This document shows, one piece after another, positions 28,448 through 34,198 of a DNA stretch of 34,198 nt. The stretch covers positions 1-34,198 of IMG/VR virus record IMGVR_UViG_3300039106_000341. One strand, written 5' to 3'. The notes under the pieces are model-generated. The model was not told the DNA's origin. It ran no database searches and saw only the letters and a list, made by a program, of their open reading frames with translations. The number at the start of each line of letters is the position of its first letter. Within the stretch, counting starts at the first letter, position 1. The position numbers were made by a program, and so were the translations under genes. This DNA is from a virus. Taxonomy: Duplodnaviria; Caudoviricetes.

Positions 28448-29265
28448 TAAAAGTTTTGTTCACCTTGGCTGGGTACTGCTTCAACAAAAGGCACGACACG
28501 GCACACTTCTTTGATGCGCTTGAGGAGTGCCTCAATGCGCTCCATGTCAGCCTTGGTGCTGTTCTTGAATTTGTCTGACTGTGCCTTGTAATCATCACCG
28601 CCAATCTGTGATGTGATGATGTTGTGGCGTTTGTAACGCATACGGTAGTCGAGCAAATCCTTGAGGAAGGATGTGACACGCTCATCGTGGGCACCGGACA
28701 GCAACGAGTCATCCATCAGCAACACATCGTACCTGCCCCATGCCTTGACCATTTCTAGGACATCCCTGCTGTGGTTTACGCTCTTGAGCACTTCAGGCCA
28801 CAACACGCCAACGTGCTTGTTATAGCGCACTAGGCAGCGTTTGAGGAGCAACATGGCAATGCGGGTCTTACCGCTGCGTGATGGCCCATAGAAGAACAGG
28901 CTTTCTTCACCTGCGTAGTCTTGGGTTGCACCGTATTGCAGCTTGGGAAAATCAGGGTGGTTCTTGTCGGTGTCTTGGTACGATGGTGGGCACAGCGTTT
29001 CCCAATAGATGCGTGAGCGTTCCATTGAGTCAGCAATCTTGGCTTTCTTACGGCACTCATCACACGCCACCCCAATAGCAGCCGACAATTGCGGTGCTTC
29101 AAGGTCTGTCTGGCAGCGGGTGCATTTGCAGGCTACCATGCGGTTGAACTCGTGGTCAGCGTTACCGTGTGCTTGGGCAAGCTGGGCTAGGGTTAGATCA
29201 CCCAAATCAGCACCTAGAGATAAACTAAACAAGGTGGGGGCTGAGGTTACTCGTGGAGTGCTCAT
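28447..29265 (-). CDS. DnaC/IstB-like AAA+ ATPase (helicase loader) with N-terminal zinc motif
   Basis: CTRC...CDEC, Walker A GPSRSGKT, Walker B VLLMDD, LDYR and IITSQ. ATG at 29265 from an ATGA overlap. Confidence 0.88.
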   Translation of the reverse strand: MSTPRVTSAPTLFSLSLGADLGDLTLAQLAQAHGNADHEFNRMVACKCTRCQTDLEAPQLSAAIGVACDECRKKAKIADSMERSRIYWETLCPPSYQDTDKNHPDFPKLQYGATQDYAGEESLFFYGPSRSGKTRIAMLLLKRCLVRYNKHVGVLWPEVLKSVNHSRDVLEMVKAWGRYDVLLMDDSLLSGAHDERVTSFLKDLLDYRMRYKRHNIITSQIGGDDYKAQSDKFKNSTKADMERIEALLKRIKEVCRVVPFVEAVPSQGEQNF

Positions 29266-29647
29266 TTGCTGGCCTCCTTCGTCGCGGCAAGGGCTGCGCG
29301 GGCAATAGCGCAAATGCGGTCGTGCGGCGGTATAACCCATTCACAATAATTTTGTAGCCGAGTCATGGCATCCCGTAGCACGCGCACCTTTTCGCGCTCG
29401 GCGGCGATCCGCGCATCCACCATCTTCTGAATCTCTTGCTCAAACGAAGCGATTAACAGCTTTGCAGCTTCTTGCGTTGCCGCATTCACGGATAAGCCTT
29501 CGCCGCAAATCATGTGACCGTCGTGCGTGATGCGTAACACTTCGCGGTTCGCATGATTAAAACTCAGCAAAGAGTCTGCTCGGCAGGCATACGCAGAAGT
29601 CTCAACCGTTAGTTTTGTTTCTGGTGTGCTCATTTGCTAGTCTCCTT
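29254..29647. repeat. 26-bp imperfect direct repeats (29254-29279 and 29622-29647) flanking one gene
   Basis: TGGAGTGCTCATTTGCTGGCCTCCTT versus TGGTGTGCTCATTTGCTAGTCTCCTT, 23/26 identical. Confidence 0.8.
29262..29633 (-). CDS. Hypothetical accessory protein
   Basis: AAGGAG SD plus ATGA coupling at both ends. Ends with ARAALAATKEASK. Confidence 0.7.
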   Translation of the reverse strand: MSTPETKLTVETSAYACRADSLLSFNHANREVLRITHDGHMICGEGLSVNAATQEAAKLLIASFEQEIQKMVDARIAAEREKVRVLRDAMTRLQNYCEWVIPPHDRICAIARAALAATKEASK

Positions 29648-29797
29648 GTGCGCTTCAAGCGTTGATTCTACTCGAATCAATCGTGCGGCGTAATCAAAAG
29701 ATCGCTCCTCTGAATTGTTTAGTTGATGCTCAAGCTCGATAACCATGTCAGCCAATTGGCGACGTGGTAGTTTAATTAGGATGTCTGCGCGTGTCAT
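29630..29797 (-). CDS. Hypothetical 55-aa coiled-coil protein (not in the ORF track)
   Basis: MTRADILIKLPRRQLADMVIELEHQLNNSEERSFDYAARLIRVESTLEAHKETSK fills the gap, and its TGA overlaps the next ATG. Confidence 0.65.
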   Translation of the reverse strand: MTRADILIKLPRRQLADMVIELEHQLNNSEERSFDYAARLIRVESTLEAHKETSK

Positions 29798-29810
29798 TGT
29801 TGTGTGTGTA

Positions 29811-30218
29811 TTAAATCGTTGTGTAGTCTCGTTTCTGTTCGTTTACAGCCGTTTTGAAGCCCGCTATGGTAATTGTGCCCTGTCCGTAGCCAGATGCCTT
29901 CCAATTACGCACAGCAGCCTTCCAGTCCTTCATTTTGGTCTTACCTGACACCAACCAGCCTTTTAGCTCGTAGGCATCGCACCATTTCTTCCCATCCAAC
30001 GGGTAGCCAATGCTGGCAGAATATGCTGTAACCGCATCAGGCGGCGGCGGCACATCCTTACCCGTGTGTTCCAAATCAATCTGCTTCTTGGTCTGGTCAA
30101 TGATCTGTGCGACGTGCTTCATGGTAAACACCTGACCTTGTGCCAGCATATCGGTGCGTTGCTGCTGAATGACACGGGCACACATTTGTCCCAGTGTTTC
30201 TTCAAGGTTAATGCTCAT
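29811..30218 (-). CDS. Replication-initiator / replisome-organiser C-terminal-domain protein
   Basis: PPP...V..Y......D...W.D.YELKGWLVSGKTKMKDWKAAVRNW is typical of phage initiator C-termini. Lies upstream of the DnaC-like gene. Confidence 0.75.
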   Translation of the reverse strand: MSINLEETLGQMCARVIQQQRTDMLAQGQVFTMKHVAQIIDQTKKQIDLEHTGKDVPPPPDAVTAYSASIGYPLDGKKWCDAYELKGWLVSGKTKMKDWKAAVRNWKASGYGQGTITIAGFKTAVNEQKRDYTTI

Positions 30219-30454
30219 ACGGCATCCTCGTGCTTCATCATGCGGCGGCGGTTGAAATACTCCAACCCACGGTCAATGTCGCCATACCCAACAAAGCGAC
30301 CTCGAAAATCTACTCGTACACCGTTCACAAGCACAGATGACTGGTTAATTTTAAGCTGACGTTTGTTTTCCTCAGCTCGGTGATCTCGCTTGATGTAAAC
30401 ATCAGGCCGACGTGCGGCTACTCCTCGTATTCTCATAGTAAATTGTGCCTGCAT
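30215..30454 (-). CDS. Hypothetical basic protein
   Basis: ATGA coupling to the downstream gene. Confidence 0.5.
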   Translation of the reverse strand: MQAQFTMRIRGVAARRPDVYIKRDHRAEENKRQLKINQSSVLVNGVRVDFRGRFVGYGDIDRGLEYFNRRRMMKHEDAV

Positions 30455-30477
30455 AACCCCGCAGGCTAGGGGCGAAC

Positions 30478-31050
30478 TTATTCGCTTTTGGTTTTCTTCT
30501 TCTTAGCAGGTTTACCTACGTCACCCATTGGTAACGGCTCGGTGTTGTCAGATGCTAGAGGGTCGTGGTCGTACTCCTCCTCATCCTCATCATCGTCCAG
30601 ATCAAGCGTACCTTGAGCACGCTCGCCCAAGACGTAACGCTTCGCTTCTTCCAGCACAGCTTCCACCCATAGGGCTTCAATTGGGCTGATTGGTTCAGTG
30701 ACACCCCCCTCAGTCGTCGGTGTGCTTAACAGCACAGGCGGCGTATCCAAGGACAGCATTTTACCACACAGCTCTAGGCTTTTCTTGGCATGGATGCGTA
30801 GGGTGCGTACATCACGCAACGTACCCATAGTTATGCCATAAATCCTAACATTTATGTCATAGTTTTCTTCCGTCTCAATAATGCGAGTCAGCAATGGCAT
30901 CAGCGCATCCAAAGCGGCATTGAACTCAGGCAACGGGTTCTCGTTGCTTTTCACACTACGGGTTTCATCCCCTTGCGTGTATTCAATGACGATGTGGCGG
31001 CGGGTGCGGCTCACAGACTCAATTACAATGATCTTAGGTTTGTCGGACAT
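30478..31050 (-). CDS. Hypothetical protein with acidic then basic C-terminal tail
   Basis: Clean ORF in the operon: EEAKRYVLGERAQGTL, then DDDEDEEE and KKKKTK. Confidence 0.7.
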   Translation of the reverse strand: MSDKPKIIVIESVSRTRRHIVIEYTQGDETRSVKSNENPLPEFNAALDALMPLLTRIIETEENYDINVRIYGITMGTLRDVRTLRIHAKKSLELCGKMLSLDTPPVLLSTPTTEGGVTEPISPIEALWVEAVLEEAKRYVLGERAQGTLDLDDDEDEEEYDHDPLASDNTEPLPMGDVGKPAKKKKTKSE

Positions 31051-31060
31051 AGTTTGTGTG

Positions 31061-31864
31061 TTATCGAACGGTTACGGCAGCTTCTTCCCAGTGTTTAACA
31101 CCCGGTAGTGATTGCCCCTTTTGCAGCCCTTTTAAGGCACTCTTGAGCGCAGCATTGTTAGGAGTGAGCGTCACCAGATACGGGGCAGCTTCGTAAAGTG
31201 CCACAATATCCATGATCTCAAACTTGATCTCCTTACGAGTAGCAATGCCTTCAGGCTTCGCAGCAATCTTGGACAAAGCGTTTACACGATTTGCCAACAT
31301 TTCTTGCTCCACCTGCTTCTGACGTGCCTCAGCTTCAGCGTCAGCCATAAGCTGTGCAGCCTCAGCTTGTGCCGCATAATCAGCAGCCTTTGCCTCAGAC
31401 CGTGCTCGTGACTCTTTTAGGGCCAACGCAGCAGCCTTTGCACGGGCTTCAGCAGCAGCCTTTTCTTCTGCCTCTTGTGCAGCACGCAGAATGCGTTGCT
31501 CCTCCTCCCATGCTTTGCGTCGGATTTCTTCAGCAATGCGCTCTTGTTCGGCTTGGTAGGTGCCTAGCACCATGCCAATGCGGGTAGCTTCAGCCTCTAG
31601 CTTGAACGTGAGTTCTTTAGCCAAAGCATCAATCTTCTTACCTTGCTCCAAAACAGGTGCCTTCACCGTAGTGCGTGCAGCCTCGATCAAGCGTGTCATG
31701 CCTTTGATTTCCTTCAGCACGTTAGCAGCAACAGTAGCTTGGGTCTGGTCAGACACCAATGCCACCGTACCTGCCAACCCAATCAGCCTGTCACGATTTG
31801 CTCGTGCTTCCGCTGTGCTGCTGATGCTGACGGTATCAATGCCGTCAATTTCGATGATGTTCAT
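31061..31864 (-). CDS. Coiled-coil recombination-module protein (Gam/Gp157/DUF1351-like position)
   Basis: LKEIK...IEAARTTVKAPVLEQGKKIDA, an Ala/Glu-rich coil and C-terminal LPGV. Coupled to the SSB-like gene. Confidence 0.6.
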   Translation of the reverse strand: MNIIEIDGIDTVSISSTAEARANRDRLIGLAGTVALVSDQTQATVAANVLKEIKGMTRLIEAARTTVKAPVLEQGKKIDALAKELTFKLEAEATRIGMVLGTYQAEQERIAEEIRRKAWEEEQRILRAAQEAEEKAAAEARAKAAALALKESRARSEAKAADYAAQAEAAQLMADAEAEARQKQVEQEMLANRVNALSKIAAKPEGIATRKEIKFEIMDIVALYEAAPYLVTLTPNNAALKSALKGLQKGQSLPGVKHWEEAAVTVR

Positions 31865-32283
31865 CAGAACGGGATGTCGTCGTTGTCGGCTTGTGGCGCA
31901 GGTGCAGCAGCCGCACGAACTGCTTTAACAGCTTTAGGTGCCACTTGGACAGCTTCAGCCTCAGCAGGACGTTGCAGCGATACACGAATGCTCCAAACCA
32001 TGTTGCCTTGGAACTCTACCTCACGAGGAGCGATGGTGATGGATTTACCCAACCAATCCTCCGTGTCGTCACCATGCAGCGAAGCAATGGTTTTAGCGTT
32101 AGTCTTGTTACAGACAAACAGCTTTTGCTTACCCACAAATTGCAGCACAATCTTTGGGCCTGCCTCTGCACCTTTGCCAATCTGCTCAACGCGAGCATTG
32201 GCAATCGTTACTGTCGCTGACCTGCCTCCAAGATCGGAAGCACTCAGGTACTTGCTAGGGAACGCATCATTTATGTTAGCCAT
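31864..32283 (-). CDS. Putative phage single-stranded DNA-binding protein
   Basis: FPSKYLSASDL, NKTNAKTIASLHG.DTEDW.GK.I and an SSB-type acidic tail DNDDIPF. Confidence 0.75.
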   Translation of the reverse strand: MANINDAFPSKYLSASDLGGRSATVTIANARVEQIGKGAEAGPKIVLQFVGKQKLFVCNKTNAKTIASLHGDDTEDWLGKSITIAPREVEFQGNMVWSIRVSLQRPAEAEAVQVAPKAVKAVRAAAAPAPQADNDDIPF

Positions 32284-32414
32284 GTTATTATCGAGTTCGG
32301 TTGTTGTTGTTTTATCTGTGGCACGATGCCGTCAGAAAGAGTTGCTGGTATATTTTCGCACCGCTGCCAGCAGCGTCGGAGGGTACTGGTTTACGTCCTT
32401 ACCGGGGACAAGTA
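32284..32414 (-). promoter_or_regulatory. Structured 5' leader (pseudoknot candidate) of the SSB-like gene
   Basis: The minus strand carries GTCC/GGAC, CGC(TG)/(CA)GCG, TGCTGG/CCAGCA and GGCA/TGCC pairings, then an unstructured A/C-rich stretch before the ATG. Confidence 0.5.
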
Positions 32415-32576
32415 TCACATCAGGGTCTTGCTACGCATCACCTGCTTCAAATTCTCCTCAACAGCTTTTGTCCAAGCCCAAATCTGAATGAGGCGAAACC
32501 ACGATGAGATACGGTCAAACCCTGCAATCACAAGTTCAGCACTAGCCTGAATCTTTTGGTAAATAAAAAGTTTCAC
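32415..32576 (-). CDS. Hypothetical 53-aa protein
   Basis: The GTG start overlaps the upstream TGA. Sequence MKLFIYQKIQASAELVIAGFDRISSWFRLIQIWAW... Confidence 0.45.
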   Translation of the reverse strand: MKLFIYQKIQASAELVIAGFDRISSWFRLIQIWAWTKAVEENLKQVMRSKTLM

Positions 32577-32752
32577 AGGTCGTGGAAGTTGATACGTTGT
32601 TTGGTGCAACCACGAAGTTCTTGTTCGTACTCCCCCCCTAGCTTCTTCAATTCCCAAATATCAAGGGGCTTGGATTTACGATCTAACCGCACATCACGCA
32701 GGGCAACTTTGCCCTCGGCATTACCTGACGTGTTTTTAACGTCACGTTTCAT
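32573..32752 (-). CDS. Hypothetical 59-aa protein (not in the ORF track)
   Basis: MKRDVKNTSGNAEGKVALRDVRLDRKSKPLDIWELKKLGGEYEQELRGCTKQRINFHDL, with an A-rich leader and coupling to the next ORF. Confidence 0.5.
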   Translation of the reverse strand: MKRDVKNTSGNAEGKVALRDVRLDRKSKPLDIWELKKLGGEYEQELRGCTKQRINFHDL

Positions 32753-32758
32753 GTTAGT

Positions 32759-32848
32759 TTATTTTTGCAGGATTTTGTTTAACTGTCGCTGAACGGCTGG
32801 ATGACGTTCAACTCGATGTAAAAGCTGATGAAAGGTTATTAACTGCAT
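32759..32848 (-). CDS. Possible 29-aa leader/micro-protein
   Basis: MQLITFHQLLHRVERHPAVQRQLNKILQK, stopping 6 nt before the next ATG. Confidence 0.3.
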   Translation of the reverse strand: MQLITFHQLLHRVERHPAVQRQLNKILQK

Positions 32849-33138
32849 GTCCAACTTATTCTGTTAATAACTTTATGTCTTTGTGTAAGTGTCAGCAGCC
32901 CTTGCTGCTTAAAATCCAAAAGAGTTTCGGGTGTTGCGTAACCGAACGTAAAATATCATTCCTGTTTACGGCTGGTGCAGAGATGCACCTAACAACAAAT
33001 GTTCTTTGCGGGTCGTTTGTGTGTGAAAAAGCTGGATTAGGTGGCATCATCTTTTTAGGTGGTGCCACTTTTTTTTTTACTTGTGCGTTGTTTGTAAAAT
33101 AACCATCAGTTCTTTTGCCAGCATTCGTGTCCTATTCT

Positions 33139-33178
33139 AAAGAAACCCTCGCCCTAAAAAAGCGGGGGTTTTCTTTTT
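33139..33178. terminator. Hairpin with A-rich and T-rich flanks (possible bidirectional terminator)
   Basis: Stem AAACCCTCGC / GCGGGGGTTT followed by TCTTTTT. Confidence 0.7.
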
Positions 33179-33209
33179 ACTTGCACAGATCGTAGAAAGC
33201 ATCTTTTCC

Positions 33210-33510
33210 TCAGTCATCTTAACAGAATAGGATACGAGGCCCGCAGCCCGTGATAACCCCTGCGAATACTGCTTCTGCTCTAGTACGGCACGAGAGAGAA
33301 CGGTGCCACGGCTAGAGGTGCAACTCCTGAAGCGTGGCAGCAAATGACGCGAATTTGACTAGCACTCAACATTCGGGGCTTTGCCAAACTAGCAGACAAA
33401 CCAGTCATACCACCTGCGACAAAGAAGTTTGGTAGCGATGCGAAACGACCGACACAAACGGGCTGTTCCTTCCACCTCCTATCCTCTGGGGATAGGGGGC
33501 ATTGTGCTCT
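33210..33510 (+). ncRNA. Candidate ~300-nt structured non-coding RNA, family unrecognised
   Basis: The long-range stem CAGCCCGT/ACGGGCTG encloses several nested stems and a T-loop-like hairpin, and is followed by a G-rich hairpin. No convincing ORF. Strand and ends are inferred. Confidence 0.5.
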
Positions 33511-33588
33511 GCTCACTCACTCCACACAGGCTATACCTACCAAAGCAGGCTTTAACTTACCTTATGCTTACTTTAAGCAAACTATACC

Positions 33589-33816
33589 ATGCGTAACGAA
33601 TACGATCAAACTGAGCCAGACTACGGCACACAGCAGCAATTTGATACCCCCCCTACCAATGCCAAATTGGAAAATGCACCTTTGCTAGATTTACAAGCTG
33701 GGCCTGTGACAATGGCACGGCTGTTGGCATTGGTGGAGCGCAAGACACGCAACAGCGCAGTTGTGGCCCGCAAAACGCACAGGACAGCGTTTGTGGGGCA
33801 ATGGCGTGGCGTGTAA
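33589..33816 (+). CDS. Hypothetical protein
   Basis: ORF with an A/C-rich leader like the other genes. No recognised motif. Confidence 0.45.
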   Translation: MRNEYDQTEPDYGTQQQFDTPPTNAKLENAPLLDLQAGPVTMARLLALVERKTRNSAVVARKTHRTAFVGQWRGV

Positions 33817-33873
33817 TGGTAATTTGGTTTTGGCTTTGCGTAGTGCGTGAAATGTGTTTTTACCAACACCACC

Positions 33874-34198
33874 ATGAATGAACTTATCATTACTTTTCGC
33901 TGTGCCCAATTTGTAGCACACAACTTTCACAATTATGCGAAAGGCTATTCGTTCTTCGCAGATCACGAATTTCTTGGCACCCTTTATGGGACTTATGAGG
34001 AAGCGTATGATTCGCTGGTTGAGCGTACCATCGGAAGCAACAAAGCAATCGACCTTCGTGATATTACAAGCCAAGCGGCTGAAAGAGCGGCAGCTTTTCC
34101 AGTCGAAACCATGTCATGTGATGAAATGTTTTCTACGCTGCAAAGCATGGAAGAAAGCCTTTGTGTGTGGTGCAAAACGTACACCCCCGGTGCAACCC
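33874..34198 (+). CDS. Dps/ferritin-like protein, truncated by the window end (not in the ORF track)
   Basis: MNELIITFRCAQFVAHNFHNYAKGYSFFADHEFLGTLYGTYEEAYDSLVER matches the Dps ferroxidase pattern H..H...G..F...H..L..LY......D...ER. The frame is open to the end of the window. Confidence 0.8.
   Translation, partial: MNELIITFRCAQFVAHNFHNYAKGYSFFADHEFLGTLYGTYEEAYDSLVERTIGSNKAIDLRDITSQAAERAAAFPVETMSCDEMFSTLQSMEESLCVWCKTYTPGAT

Larger units (their letters stand above)
1..34198. mobile_element. Tailed dsDNA bacteriophage (Caudoviricetes), lambda-like head and non-contractile tail modules; partial genome
   Basis: Continuous phage gene order: terminase, portal, capsid, neck, tail, fibre, holin, then an opposite-strand replication/recombination arm. 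No host housekeeping genes, tail sheath or integrase are seen. Confidence 0.97.

Noticed and set aside
7307-29340. Longer upstream starts in the ORF track (7307, 7476, 9047, 10820, 19374, 26140, 27065, 29340)
   Set aside because: They overlap terminators or upstream genes extensively. Downstream ATGs give clean stop/start coupling or shorter overlaps.
31643-32491. 282-aa plus-strand ORF across the SSB region
   Set aside because: It is antisense to two well-supported coupled genes and lacks motifs.
32890-33102. Small ORFs on either strand around the T10 run at 33069-33078
   Set aside because: They show no coupling, motifs or typical leader, and the homopolymer length may be a sequencing artefact.
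33270-33340. Canonical tRNA or hammerhead ribozyme
   Set aside because: There is a T-loop-like hairpin but no proper D arm, 7-nt anticodon loop or CCA end. The hammerhead CUGANGA core is absent. It is kept only as part of the unknown RNA candidate.
34150-34198. Window as a complete circular genome
   Set aside because: I saw no terminal overlap. Joining the end to the start would stop the Dps-like protein within a few codons, apparently short of its last helix.

Overview
The window is most of a lambda-like tailed dsDNA phage genome; it is not a closed circle, because the last gene is truncated. The rightward late arm (75-26478) runs terS, terL (gpA type), a gpW-like adaptor, a lambda-type portal, a protease-capsid fusion and a decoration protein. 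It continues through an inserted methyltransferase/glycosyltransferase cluster, neck and tail genes with a short tape measure, Ig/Cys-rich tip proteins, a 1457-aa mosaic fibre, holin-like membrane proteins, a metallophosphoesterase and an HTH protein. A leftward early/middle arm (32848-26592) encodes micro-ORFs, an SSB-like protein, a truncated replication-initiator-like protein, a DnaC-like ATPase, a stand-alone DnaA domain IV protein, a SWIM protein, a RuvC-like resolvase and a lysozyme-like enzyme. A divergent non-coding region (about 32850-33590) holds a candidate ~300-nt structured RNA, followed by a truncated Dps/ferritin-like gene missed by the ORF track. No integrase or repressor is visible. 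Mostly SD-less A/C-rich leaders and several protein motifs suggest a Verrucomicrobiota-type host (inference). The best leads are the structured RNA together with a 'split' replication-initiation set, the candidate virion glycosylation/methylation cassette, a pseudoknotted SSB leader, and a gene cassette flanked by 26-bp direct repeats. All product calls come from motif recognition and gene order by eye, without database searches.
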